The notes: generated by a model from the sequence alone, not told the origin. Shown: positions 22,801 through 36,415, counted from the first letter of the stretch. The stretch: 64,000 nt of DNA from Massalongia carnosa (GCA_965645245.1 OZ287067.1:930001-994000); one strand, 5' to 3'. Numbers and translations are program-made.

Positions 22801-25800
22801 TATCGGTCTTGGCAACCTCCGCGCCTATGACTGAAACTAGTAAGGAGGCTAATCTTGAGCGGGTTCCTTGTATTCGATATCCGGTCCGTTTGAGGAAGGA
22901 TCAAGACGAGGTAGAAGCTTTGATAGATTCCGGCAGCGAGGTCAATGCAATGCACCCCGCTTATGCCGCGAAACTAGGGCTTCGTGTTAGGGAAGCAGAT
23001 GTTGGGGCGCAGAAGATTGATGGATCTCACCTGGATACCTTCGGTATGGTTATCGCAGGGTTCTTGGTCGAGGATAAGCTAGGGAAGGTTCGATTCTTCC
23101 AGGAAACCTTCTTGTTGGCTAATATTAGCCTGGAGGTGGTCCTGGGAATACCTTTTCTTACACTCAGCAGTGTGGATATACGGTTTCCAGAGCGAGAGCT
23201 TGCCTGGAGAACTTACACAGCTGCCGAGGCTTTACCAACAACCAGACGTGTGGAGATCATCGATAAGGAAGAGTTCGCGGAGACGGTCCTTGGAGGAGAC
23301 GATGAGGCATATGTGGTGCATGTAATGGCCGTAAGCAAGCCATCGTCCATGCCGATCCACGCCTCTCGCCAGGCCCAAGTAGCTTCGCTAGTGAGCGAGG
23401 AGGCCAATATCCCCGTTGAATATTCCGACTTCTCTGACGTTTTCTCCCCTGACTCTGCAGCGGAACTACCGGAGCACACCGGCTTTAACGACCATCCTAT
23501 CGATCTAGTAGATGGTAAGCAGCCACCTTATGGCCCAATCTACAGCTTAGGTCCTATGGAACTAGAGACACTGAAAACCTAAATTGAAACCAATCTAGCC
23601 AGCGGTTTTATTAGGCCTTCTCAGTCTCCGGCTGGTGCTCCTATACTGTTCATCCGCAAGAAGGACGGTAGTCTCCGCCTGTGTGTGGATTATCGAGGAC
23701 TCAATACCCTGACAATCAAGAATCGGTACCCGTTGCCCTTGATTGGAGAGTCGCTTGATCGACTAGGCCGTGCCAAGCGATTTACGCAGCTAGATCTCAC
23801 GAACGCGTATCATCGGATGCGAATTCGAGAGGGTGATGAATGGAAGACAGCCTTTAGGACTCGATATGGTCACTTCGAGTATCAGGTTATGCCCTTCGGC
23901 CTTTCCAATGCCCCAGCTAGTTTCCAGGGCTATATCAACAAAATTCTAGCAGAGAAACTCGACGTCTTTGTCATCGTATACTTAGATGACATCCTGATCT
24001 ATACCGAGGACGTAGGCCAAGGCCATGTTGAGGCTGTTAAGTGGGTCTTGGAGAATCTCCGAAAAAACGGACTCTTTGCCAATCTAAAGAAGTGCCGTTT
24101 TCATCAAGATGAGGTTCGCTTCCTAGGCTACGTTGTCTCTGGCCAAGGAATTCGTATGGAAGAGGAAAGGATTGAAGCTGTCACGAACTGGCCAGAACCC
24201 AAGTCAGTACGAGACGTCCAGGTGTTTATGGGATTCGCCAACTTCTACCGGCGGTTCATCCGGGGGTTCAGCAAGATTGCTGCTCCACTCACCTCAATGC
24301 TTAAAACAAACTTGGTAGCCAACACTGGGCCATCCCCAAAGGCAAGGCGCGGAGCGGAAGAATCTTGTTTCTTAACTCCTGCCGCTGAGTTAGCCTTTGC
24401 CCAATTAAAGCAGGCGTTCACTGAAGCACCGATCCTCCGACATTTTGACCCTGAGCGCCACATCCGACTTGAGACGGACGCCTCGGGTTACGCCATAGGT
24501 GGCGTTCTTAGCCAGCTGGATATCGAAACCGGCCAATGGCACCCAGTAGCGTATTTTTCTCGGAAAATGATTCCTGCAGAAACTCGTTACGAAACTCACG
24601 ATGGGGAACTACTGGCCATCGTTGAAGCCTTTAAGAATTGGAGGCATTATCTCGAAGGTTGTAAGCATGAAGTCCTCGTGCTTACAGACCACAACAACCT
24701 GCGGCGATTTATGGATACGAAGAGTTTAAGCCCCCGCCAGGTTCGCTGGGCGCAAGAACTCTCTCGTTACAATTTCCGCATCGATTATCGTCAAGGCAAG
24801 GCTAATGGAGCTGCCGATGCTTTATCTCGCTATCCTCAGAGGAGCCAAGGCGAAGAGGAAGTGCTTCGAGCTGAGAATACTCGAATCCTTCACCGACTGC
24901 AGTCCTCGCTGACCAGCGCCAGCATCTCTGGTATCACTAGTACTCAGCATCTCACCCCTCCACACCACATCATTATCTGTGGAACGCACGTCTTCCCTCA
25001 ACTGCGTCAGTTTTGGGATACGCTCCGCCAAGACTTGACCTCAGAAGGTCCTTACAAAGTCAGCATTGGTGGCATGAGGTTGAGGTTGCAGGAGTTGCAG
25101 GAGGAAGATACCCAAGCTCAGACGATCAGAGCAGAGAAGCTTGGAAAAGATGGTTGGGAAGACACCGAGGGGATTTTGCACTATCAAAGCCTGCCTTATG
25201 TCCCTGAGATCCTCAGAACTGAGCTAATCAGTAGGCATCATGATGATCCATTAGCAGGACACTTCGGCATCGAAAAGACGCGAGAACTCATTGCGAGAAA
25301 GTACTTCTGGGAGACTCTCCGCCGCGATGTCGAGAGCTATGTCAAGGGTTGCGACGTCTGCTTATCTTCTAAAGCGGTCAGACACAAGCCTTACGGAGAC
25401 CTACAGTCACTGCCAGTGCCAACTCATCGCTGGAAAGACTTGTCTATGGATTTCGTGACGGGGTTGCCTGAATCTGCGGATTGGAAGCGCGACAGTTACG
25501 ATTCGATCCTGGTTATCGTCGACCGGCTTACGAAGATGGTGCACTATGAGCCAGTGCTAACAACGATCACTGCGCCATTGCTAGCAGAGGTAATCATAGA
25601 CGTGGTAGTTCGTCACCACGGCTTGCCCGACTCTATCGTCAGCGACCGCGGCTCAGTTTTCACTTCCAAGTTCTGGTCTTCCTTGTGCTACTTTTTAGGC
25701 ATCAAGCGACGCCTCTCTACCGCGTTCCATCCACAGACCGATGGGCAGACCGAACGCCAGAACAGCACCATGGAAGCCTACCTTAGGGCGTTCGTCAACT

Positions 25801-26651
25801 ACGAACAAGACGACTGGGCGCGCCTGCTTCCGATGGCTGAGTTCGCGTACAACAATGCGAAAAACGCGAGTACTGGGCATACGCCGTTCGAGCTCAACTG
25901 TGGCTACCACCCCCGTGTCTCATATGAGGAAGACATCGACCCCCGTTCCAGGTCCAAGTCAGCAAATGAACTAGCTGCAGAACTAAAGGACTTGATGGCT
26001 ATCTATAAGGAAAACCTTCAGCACGCACAAGAATGGCAGACAAAGGCCCACAACAAAGGAACCAAGCCACGGAGCTATGCACCTGGCGATAAAGTTTGGT
26101 TGAACAGCAAATATATTAAGACCAAACGCAATCGCAAGCTAGAGGCTAAGTTCTTTGGGCCATTCCGTGTCTTGCAACCAGTGGGCAAGCAAGCCTACAA
26201 GCTGGAGCTTCCAAAGCGGTGGCGCATCCATGATGTCTTTCATGTATCACTGCTGGAGCAGGACACCACAAGGAAGGGGCGGGTGGACGAGAAGATCGCG
26301 GAACAGCTGGAATTCGAAGCTGGTAACGATGAGGAATACGAGGTTGAAGGCATTTTGGATAGCGCGGTCTATGCCAAGGAGTCAGAAGCTGGCCACCTAC
26401 CAGGCCTCTACTATCTGGTCTCCTGGAAGGGCTATCCAGAGGATGAAAGTACGTGGGAACCGGCGGCAGCGATCAAACACCTACGGAAGATCGTCAAAGC
26501 CTACCATGAGGGTAACCCCACCAAGCCGACAGCAACCTCTCCTCCTATTGACACCGCACCGCCAATGGCTAAGCCGGCCGTTAAGCCTCAAGGCAAGAGG
26601 AAACGCGGCCGACAAGCTACCAGTACTCGGAGCAAGAAGGCGAAGAAGTAG
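22791..26651 (+). pseudogene. pol: E Pol with one in-frame stop (TAA at 23580-23582)
   Basis: ORFs 22734-23582 and 23685-26651 share a frame; LIDSGS, YLDD, ETDASGY, DDE and chromodomain are otherwise intact. Confidence 0.92.
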
Positions 26652-26690
26652 AAGCCTCGGGGTTTCTCTCCTGCCACATGCTATGGAATC

Positions 26691-26932
26691 TAGGATCGGT
26701 TTTCCCTTCGTTTTCCCGTTATCTTATCAGGGTTTAAGGGTTTTTCATCGATCTTGAGAAGTCGGTTTTCCCTACGTTCTCCCGTTGTCTTATCAGGGTT
26801 TTAGGGTTTTTCATCGATTTCGATAAAGTCGGTTTTCCTCCTCAGTTCCCACTGGGTTAGGAGGTTTTTCATTGACTTCGGAGGCTGGTTTTCCTCCTTG
26901 CTATCATACAAGGAAGGAGGTTTTTCACCGCC
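26691..26932 (+). repeat. Four tandem imperfect hairpin units in the E 3' UTR
   Basis: Repeated GGTTTTCC...GGTTTTTCA frame with complementary arms in each unit. Confidence 0.8.
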
Positions 26933-28053
26933 TGCCATACACATCATACCACCCACCTAACGTGTCGTTATTATCCAGTACACGCTCGGCGGAGCTCGCG
27001 TCCTAGAGGGGAGGCAATTGTAATACGGATGGCGCTAGAGGGATACGTGATCGCCTATGGCGGTTGCGGGATTAACTAGCGTGGACCATGTCGTAGTACG
27101 AAGTCGCATAAGCCGTCGAGGCTGACACACTGCCATCTTGCCCCGAAACTTCGGAGTTATTGTTATCACGTTCTTGACTACTTACAGATCAAACACCTGT
27201 CGAGGCCGTGGTGGTAGATTGCCATGGAGTGTAAGGCGGACTCCTGTGGAGACGCCAAGGAACTCTATATGGGATCTACTGGCCTACTCGGAGCTACTGG
27301 ATCTCTTGATGGATCAAGAGAGGTAGCAGGAGGCACGGCTCGCTGGACGCAGCTTGAGCTAGGCTCCCTGGTGTAAACTTCAGCTTCAACCTTTATTACT
27401 ACGTTGGTAGTGATGTCGGCTGAATGAACCTACATGACCTCGTTGTCTAGACCTTGTGTTTAGAGGCAGGTCCGCAGTGTAGCGAGGTATTCAGTCGGAG
27501 GTAACCTTCCATCACTAGGTAGTGGTGACGGCGAAATGAAGCTACATAGCCTGAGGCATGTAGTGAGGGATCTAGCCGGGGGTAGAATTGTTCTACCTTG
27601 CAAGGGAAGGTCTAGAAGGCTGCTCGAGGCTGACTAGATGATCCAGCGAACGCCGAGTTCGTGGATGGATCCTGAGGGATGGTTGGATGTAATGCGATAA
27701 AGTCGAATGTGGATTGCAAGGCTGTAATGCTCGCAAGACTCCCAAGGCTTGCAAGGCTCCTAAGGTTCCAAGGCTCCCAAGGCTATAGGCTTGGGGTGAG
27801 TAGGATAAATATCAGAACGAATCTTGTAGTATTCGTTAGCAATTAGTCTTTATTCTATGAACAACCTACGTTTGGGTCTCGGACGAGATCTCTTGGTCTA
27901 AGCACTTCCACATCAATTAGTTCTTTGGATCACATATACTCTCGGAGACTAGCACGTAGTAGCTATCTTCCTCCTCTCACGCTGAGCATTTCCCCTTTCG
28001 AGATCAGTGTCGCTCGTGATAAGCTTACTGGTCTCGTAGCCCATTACATACGA

Positions 28054-28611
28054 TTTAATGATCATAAACGAAAATTCGTTATTTAATGAAGACGAAAAAA
28101 TGATGAATGAAACAACATCATTATCGATAACAATTCAACAGCATTACGAAAAATTAACATTTGATGTTGTTCGAATGATCAATCACGAAATCGTGTTAAA
28201 TATGTCTTGATTGAGAAAGCACAATTCAACGATAAATTGAACGAAAAGAATATTCAAGTTTAAGCGATGCAATTGCGTGATTGCAGCTCAATCTGCGCAT
28301 CGACAGAATTCGATGATAAATGAAAAGCAGAATTTAAAAAAGATCGCAAAACGCGAACTTGCAACTTCGAATAAAAACGATTCAATAACGAAATTCGACT
28401 CGACAGACATTGAATTAAATCAAACAAGTCACGAAGTCAGAATTAGTGAAAAAAGTCACGTATTTTTTGAGATTCTCGATAAATCTGAAGAAGAAATATC
28501 AAATGAATACAGAACATGAAAAAATCTGTTTCGAGAAAAAATGACGACAGCGATTCTATTTATACATCAATCGTGAAATCATGAGATCAAGTTAAAATCA
28601 GGCAAGCAATT
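28054..28611 (+). pseudogene. pol: A protease to RT linker remnant
   Basis: AT-rich degenerate reading (IVLNMS*LRKHNSTIN*) between the E and C2 TSDs. Confidence 0.75.
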
Positions 28612-28805
28612 TGTTGAAATAGGTATATGACTATGGCTATATGGCTATGTAATAATAAAGGTATGTATGACCGTGATGTTAAGGATGAAGAGTTGCTAGG
28701 CAGCAATCTTTTCCTATTACTGGTCACCCTTCTAAGCGAGGTGATCTTATCTTATCTTGGGACTAAGCCTAATGCGGCATCTACGGTTTCCGTAGATGAT
28801 CTGTC

Positions 28806-28976
28806 TGTGACGAAGCGAGATAGTGAATAGATTTCTACCATTGCGCCACCTGTCCTTCCCGACCAAAAGGCACAATACTTAGTCCGCAGACCAAGCTCTA
28901 TTCTACTATAACTGGGACTCCTGCTATGTTCGCTGTAGGTCCTGCCGTCCGTACCACGCTTGGTCGAACCGTTACA
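28806..28976. mobile_element. K: 171-bp solo LTR inside the C2 3' LTR
   Basis: TGTGACG..CGTTACA; TSD CTGTC (28801-28805/28977-28981); absent from the other C2 LTR. Confidence 0.92.
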
Positions 28977-29067
28977 CTGTCTATCTAGGGCAGCCGTAGG
29001 TGCTATGTTCATCGTACTGATAGGTGTTCATTGTGCTGGTAGGAATTGGATATTCAACACCCCCCCT

Positions 29068-32000
29068 CAAGTCCTACCAGTACTTGTTTCCATCGTGGAT
29101 TCAACCGTGGTTGAACTTCTTTACCTCTCATGTCTGTTTGTCCATGTTGAGCTGTCTGATAAAGGAGAAGAACTTGACGTGCGTGAGGGTTTTTGTCAGT
29201 CCATCTGCAATCATGTCTTCGGTCGGAACATAGGTGAGGTCGATTCTTCCTTCTAGCACCTCGTTTCGTATAAAGTAGTGCTGAATGTCGATATGCTTGG
29301 TCCTGGAGTGTAATACGGGGTTATTGGCCAGTGCTATGGCGCTTTGATTGTCGCCTTTCAATGCAATTGTGCCTTCTCCTCTTAACACGTTTATTGTCGG
29401 GGATCCGTCATCAGAAGTGATCAATCCGAGTTCGGTCATCAGTAAACGTAGCCATGTTGCCTCCTTTGCTGCTAAGGTGAGTGCCATATACTCTGCTTCG
29501 GTTGATGACAATGTGACGGTTATTTGTCTTTTGGAACACCAGCTTATTGGTCCATTGTTCAGCATGAACACATAACCCCAGTTGGATTTTCGCTGCTATT
29601 TGTCGAAGGTGATATCTCTATTCTTGGTACCGCTAAGGTATCTGAGAATGTGTTTGGCCGCTTTCATGTGTTTTGCCTGGATTCTTTGCATTTCGACTGA
29701 TTACGGACGTTGCGAAAGCTATGTCTGGCCTGGTTTCTATCATTGCGAACGTGATGGATCCGACCATGGTTTGATATTGCTTTATGTCCTTGTCGGAGTC
29801 CTGAAATTCATTGATGAAGAGACAGCCTTCTCGCATGGGAGTGCTTTATAGTTTTGTTGACTCGATCTCGTTCGACTTTAAGGCCTAGATAGTAGCTGAT
29901 TGGTCCCATGTCTACCATCTTGAAAGCTAGCTTGAGCTGTTTCTTGACTTCGGTGATCATCGGGGAACCCTTTGGGCCTATGATGTTCAAATCGTCAACG
30001 AAAGAGGTAACAATGTGTCCTTTTATCCCTTGAGGTGTGATGAAAATGTTATGATCTGCGTGGAGTTTCTCCAATCCTAATTTTCTCAATAGAAAAGCTG
30101 ACCGTCGTTCATACCAGGGACGCGGAGACTGTTCAAACCGTACAGGGCTTTGTTCAACCTACACACCATGCCAGCTGTGTCATATCCTTTCGGCATGTGG
30201 ACATAGATGAGTTGATAATGAGACCGTACAGAAAAGCTGTCAATATATCCAGTCGCTCGATGTGCAGATAGTGATGAGCAGCTAACGCGAATAGCAAGCG
30301 AAAAGCCATTGTTTGGCCATAGATGCAAAGGTTTGATCGAAATCTACTCAGTATTGTTGGAGATATCCTTGACAACCCATCTGGCTTTAAAGCGAACGAT
30401 CTTTTCATTTACGTCCCGTTTCAGCTTGAATACTCATTTGCCACTTAAGACTATATGTTCGGGTTCCATGGACTCGGTAGGTAATGTATCCCAGGTTTTA
30501 TTCTCCAGCAGACTTTTGATCTCATCCATTACCCAGACTGACTCCATTCGTTTGCGTATTTGGAGTTCATTGCTTGATGATATGTTGAGTCGTACGTGGG
30601 TAGATCGGTCCCATCTTTGAATGTGGCGTCTTCATGAATTCGTAAGTTCTTGACCCTGATGACCTTGTAGTCTTTTTCCATAAAGACGCGATAGATGGTG
30701 CTTCTGTCATATCCACACAGGATTCCTTTCTGAGCCCTCGGAGAAAATTTAGCAGCCTTGCTGTTTATTCCTTTTCGCTCTTCTTCGTGAATTAATGCAT
30801 AGACTGTAGATCCGAGAATTCTCAGGTGATCCAGCTTAGGTGACTTCTTCTCGAAGATCTCATACGGGGTTTTACCTGCTAAGGCGTTGGTTGGTCTGAC
30901 GTTCTTGGTGTGAACCATGGCTAGAACCACTTCTGCCCACAAGTAGTCTGGAATGTCTCCGGCAATGACACTGCATCTTGTCATGTCCATGATGGTTCTG
31001 CCCATTCGTTCCGCGACTCCGTTTTCATCTTGAGAGTATGGAGCAGCTGTTTCAAACGTTATGCCTTGTTCCAAGGACCAACCGTCTAACTTGTGACTGC
31101 GAAGCTCCGCGCCGAAGTCAGTGCGAAAACTGCTTATGAGTTTAGCCTTTCCGGATTTGTTTTGAGCCATGCTGTAGTATGTCAACAAGTGATCAAACCA
31201 TTCACTCTTCTTGTGTCCGGTATAGACATGAGTGTATCTGCTAGCATCATAGGTGAAAGTGAAGAGGTAAAGTTCTTCAAGAAGTCCTGATGGCTTGATT
31301 AGTCCCACTAGGTCAGAGTTTATCTCGGTTGTATATCTTTTTGGCTTTTCCCATTTCGCATGCATGGCAAAACCAACCGTGGTTGATATCGTCATCGTAC
31401 GTTATGTCTAGCGTTTTCAGATATTTTCGACACGTTGCTATGTTGAGATGACCAAGCCTTCCATGCCATGTAGTGAGTTTTGATTTGACAGATAATGACG
31501 TCCAGTCCTTGATAGGTGTCCTCGTCCACTTTGCTCAAATGCATCCTCAAATCTGGAGTGTCAATGGTCGTTGAAATGTTGGTTGATGTATGAGATAAGT
31601 CCGCCTTCGTTTCTAACGAGGTAGTCTTTTGTTCCTTTGCTCTTCCGGATTCGAGCGAACTTCTATGTCTTTTTAACTGTGGAAACTTCTGCAAACAGGT
31701 ATCTAGCCAATGACGAGTGTTCTTTCTCTTGACACATTAAGAGAAGGTGCAGTTCCCTGATGGGGCTCGACCTCTTGAGTCAGGTGTGCTGATATGAAGT
31801 GCATTGGTGATTTTCATGTTGACATAATAAGCAATAATGGTCTTCATTGCTTCCGACAGGTTTGTGGTTTCGTATGTTCAATCTCGTCGAAGTTGGGCTA
31901 TCAATGGGGAATAGACGTCTGGTGTTACCCAGCATCATTCCCTTAAGCATAAACTCCACGGTATGCACATCCACTTTGGCCTTGTCGTCCAGCATTCCTT

Positions 32001-32472
32001 TAATCTTGTTTAAAGCGCTCTCGTAATATGCACAGTATAGACTGGTCGTCTCGAAGTCGGTCATCTTCTTGGAACTAACCTTCAGAATGATGTCGCTGAT
32101 GCTCATTGGTGCTATATCTTGGAATCTATCCTTCAGGATTTTCCACATTTCTGCCATATTCTTGTTGTCGATGAGGCTGTAATGGCACTCCGCAACTAAT
32201 CCGTGAATGATTCCTATAGCCTTGGTCATCTCGGCCTTCTGTCTATTCTTCTAGTCACGCAGTTCTTTTACCAAGATGCTGACTGAAAGACCTTTGGCGT
32301 CGAAGCCTGCTTGTATTAAACCTTCCTTGATGGTTTCAGCGGTGATTTCTGATTGATTCTCCAGAATGGCTCCTTCGCAGTTGTTCTTGAGCAGAATGCC
32401 CTTCGTATAGCTTGCCCATGCCGAATATCTTTCGGCTTTCTCCAAAAGATGTGACGTATCTATGATAGACAT
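29068..32472 (-). pseudogene. C2 gag-pol pseudogene
   Basis: Fragments closely match C1 IN/RT/RH but with frameshifts, stops and deletions. Confidence 0.92.
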
Positions 32473-32965
32473 AATGGGAGAATGGGGAGCAATTGAACAA
32501 GGCGAGAAACTTAGTAGTGACTGAAAGAATGTGGATCTGTGACCTTTCTTATAGACAAGGAAAAAACAGTCCCTCCTTAGCCAGTGTCCACTCTGATGTC
32601 TCAACAGAGAAACCTGTTTGCTTAACATGCTTGTTTGCCATGATGAGAATTTCAACTCCGGCTTTTTCAAGGGTCCAATTGACCAAAAGCAAATTGAGCG
32701 CAGGGTTATTCCAATTTGATTTAACCGGCCTTAGGCCGGTTAAATAATAAGAGGCAACTGCCGCACAATCTCATCTAGTGCCTTAAGGAGGCATAATTGC
32801 CAAAAAGAAAGGTCTTTGTGCCTTCGATCAATGAGTTTACTAAGCTCATTGATGTCCGAGGGATTTTGTATTTTTTGCGTGTCCAGAACTCAACCACGGG
32901 TGAACTGACGCTTTGATGATTTTTGAACCAATGGGGCGCTCAGGGCCAGCAATATACTTTTTTTT

Positions 32966-33574
32966 GCCTTCGACCATCGAGCTTAGCGAGCTCTTTTGGT
33001 GTCCGAGGACTTCGGTGCCTTCGACCATCGAGCTTAGCAAGCTCTTTGGTGTCCGAGGACTTGAGTGCCTTCGACCATCGAGCTTAGCAAGCTCTTTGGT
33101 GTCCGAGGACTTGAGTGCCTTCGACCATCGAGCTTAGCAAGCTCATTGGTGTCCGAGGACTTGAGTGCCTTCGACCATCGAGCGTAGCAAGCTCTTCTGG
33201 TGTCCGAGGACTTGAGTGCCTTCGACCATCGAGCGTAGCAAGCTCTTCTGGTGTCCGAGGACTTGAGTGCCTTCGACCATCGAGCGTAGCAAGCTCTTCT
33301 GGTGTCCGAGGACTTGAGTGCCTTCGACCATCGAGCGTAGCAAGCTCTTCTGGTGTCCGAGGACTTGAGTGCCTTCGACCATCGAGCGTAGCAAGCTCTT
33401 CTGGTGTCCGAGGACTTGAGTGCCTTCGACCATCGAGCGTAGCAAGCTCTTCTGGTGTCCGAGGACTTGGGTGCCTTCGACCATCGAGCGTAGCAAGCTC
33501 TTCTGGTGTCCGAGGACTTGGGTGCCTTCGACCATCGAGCTTAGCAAGCTCTTTGGTGTCCGAGGGCTTCGGTG
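32966..33574. repeat. 50-51-bp tandem array (12 copies) in the C2 leader
   Basis: Unit GCCTTCGACCATCGAGCGTAGCAAGCTCTTCTGGTGTCCGAGGACTTGAGT, first at 32966 and last at 33524; one decayed copy near 32820. Confidence 0.97.
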
Positions 33575-34099
33575 TAGTACGATCAATGTGTTCATGCTCT
33601 TTCTAACACGCAGTTTGTGTGCTTCTGACAAGAAATCGCTGTGTACAGAAGAGAGAACTGATTGATGTGATTTAAGGGATCGTTTCTAAAGACACAGAAA
33701 GATTTTAGTCATGTGTCAACGATTCATTGAATAGGAACGATGCTTAGCTGATTGCACTGCGAAGCTGCGGATTAAAAGTTTCGATTCGTTTAAATCGATA
33801 GCACCCTTCCGGGCTCATAACCTGTTGAAATAGGTATATGACTATGGCTATATGGCTATGTAATAATAAAGGTATGTATGACCGTGATGTTAAGGATGAA
33901 GAGTTGCTAGGCAGCAATCTTTTCCTATTACTGGTCACCCTTCTAAGCGAGGTGATCTTATCTTATCTTGGGACTAAGCCTAATGCGGCATCTACGGTTT
34001 CCGTAGATGATCTGTCCATCTAGGGCAGCCGTAGGTGCTATGTTCATCGTACTGATAGGTGTTCATTGTGCTGGTAGGAATTGGATATTCAACACAATT

Positions 34100-36415
34100 C
34101 ACGTTTGAATTTATATATGCATTTTTCGAGAAAAAGTTAAAAGCACTTCGAAAATATCTGAATGAGAATATGAAAAAGAAATTCATTAAAAAATCTCAAT
34201 CATCGACAAAATATTCAATTCTTTTTGTATTCAAAAAGAATGAAACATTTCGTTTATGTGTCGATTATCGAAAATTAAACAACATCACGATCAAAAATCG
34301 ATATTCATTATTCAACATAAAAGAACTACAATCAAGATTAAATCAAGTCAAATATTTTATCAAATTAGACTTGAAAGAAGTCTACAATCTCATACGCATG
34401 AAAGAAAAAAAAAATGAAAAACAATTTTTCGTACACGATATGATCATTACGAATATCAAATTATGTCATTTGAATTAACGAACGTTTCGACAATTTGTCA
34501 AAAAATGATCAATGACACGCTTAAAAAATATCTCGACATTTTTGTTATCGCATATTTCGAGAACATATTGATATACTTCGAATTATTAAGAAAACACACA
34601 CGACACGTGTAAAGAATATTCGAATGCTTGAAAGAAAGAAACTTGAAATTGAAATCAGAAAAGTGTGAATTTCACAAAAAAGAAGTCAACTTTTTAAACT
34701 TCATTATCGATCAACATGAGATTCGTATCGATTCAGAAAAGATAAGAATTGTAAAAGAATGAAAGACATCAATTAATATAAAGAAACTGCAATCGTTTTT
34801 GAATTTTGTCAATTATAACAGAAAGTTCATTAAAGATTACTTCACGAAGACGATATTTTTAATTAAATTCACTGCAAAAAATGTAACATGATTGTGAAAA
34901 TCAAAACAAGAAACAGCGTTCAGAAAGCTGCAGCAAGGATGTATAAACGAATCAATTTTAAAAATGTTCGATGAAAGAAGAGCGATTAAAATCGAAATCG
35001 ACGCATCAGATTTAACGATTGAAGCATGTCTTAATCAAGAACATGATGACAAGTGACATTCAATTGCATATTTATCAAGGAAACTCTCGTCAGCAGAACA
35101 GAATTACGACATTCATGACAAGAAATTATTAACAATAGTAGCTTCTTTGAAGTCATGAAAAATGTACGCAAAAAAGCATCAAAACTTACAATATACACAA
35201 ATCATAAGAATTTACTGCACTTCACAATCACAAAGCAGTTGAATAAACGACAAGTGCGATGATCAGAATTGTTAAGACAATATAAGTTCACGATACAATA
35301 TACTTCGAAAAAAGAAAATGACAGAACGAATGCACTGAATCGACGAAGCGATCATATGAAAACAAAAAAGATTTTCAGTCACAGCATCTTACGAATCAAT
35401 AAAAATGAATCATTATCAACAAACAAACAGAAGTTGAGCGCAACACTTCGTATCATAAAAAACGATCAGAAAAATTTTTTCATAATGAAGAACAAATTTC
35501 AAATATCGAAAGACAAAATCGATGAATGTATAAAAAAGCATCATAACGAGTTATTACAAAATCATTCAAATGTCAGCAAGACGCTGCGACTTTTACGACA
35601 AAAATATACGTTTTCGAAAATGAGAAAACATGTCGAAACATATATCAAACGATGTTTTAATTGTCAAAAAAATTAACATGCGATTCATGCGAAATACGAC
35701 GAAATACAGTATCAGAAGTCATCTGAATCGTCTTGAAATGAAGTCACAATGAACTTTATCGTCAAGTTATCAAAATTTAAAAACTCGACAACGAAAAAAG
35801 AATACGATTCAATATTGATGATAATGAACAAATTCATCAAGTATTCTCATATAATATCATTTCGAGAAAATTACTCAGCGAAGCAATTAAAAATCATAAT
35901 GCTCGACAGATTGATCAAATATCACGAAATATCAAAAGAAATCATTAACAATAAAGACAAGCTTTTTACGTTTAATTATTGAAAGACGTTGATTTCAATG
36001 TTAGAAACGAGATTAAGAATGTTTACTGTTTATCATTCACAAACGAATGATCAAACGAAAAAAATTAATCAAAATCTGAAGCAATATTTGCGACATTATG
36101 TCAACGATACACAAAACAATTGAATTGAATTTTTATCAATGACACAGTTGACATTGAACGTCAAAATGTCTGACATCATCAAAGTTACGTCATTTTTCGC
36201 GAATTATAAAAGAGAATCGAATTTGTTTGAAGACGTTAAACAAGATTATTCGACACAATCAATTATGAAAAAAATAAAAATAATGAGACGAATACACGAA
36301 AACATCACGAGAATCAAAATAAAAAAAGAAAAACGAAACCTCAATTGAAAGAAGAAAATAAAATGTATCTATTAACAAAGAATTTGAAAACGAGAAAATC
36401 GAACAAGAAACTTGA
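34100..36415 (+). pseudogene. pol: A RT, RNase H and integrase remnant
   Basis: FRLCVDYRKLNNITIKNRY, EIDASD and MNFIVKLS motifs with many stops; YLDD reads YFEN. Confidence 0.92.

Larger units (their letters stand above)
20529..28048 (+). mobile_element. Element E: Ty3/Gypsy chromovirus with 1030-bp LTRs
   Basis: LTRs TGTAAT..ATTACA at 20529-21558 and 27019-28048; TSD TACGA (20524-20528/28049-28053); PPT GAGGGGAGG. Confidence 0.98.
28612..34094 (-). mobile_element. Element C2: defective Ty1/Copia related to C1
   Basis: 5' LTR 33823-34094 (272 bp); 3' LTR 28612-29059 (contains K); TSD CAATT (28607-28611/34095-34099); PBS at 33811-33822; PPT from 29060. Confidence 0.96.

Noticed and set aside
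26694..26820. Hammerhead ribozyme or telomeric repeat in the E 3' UTR
   Set aside because: No complete CUGANGA/GAAA core with proper stems; TTAGGG-like words are isolated and form stem arms.
32966..33574. Tandem array as a CRISPR, or its repetitive ORFs as genes
   Set aside because: Units are contiguous with no unique spacers and no cas genes; the ORFs arise because the 51-bp unit is a multiple of 3.
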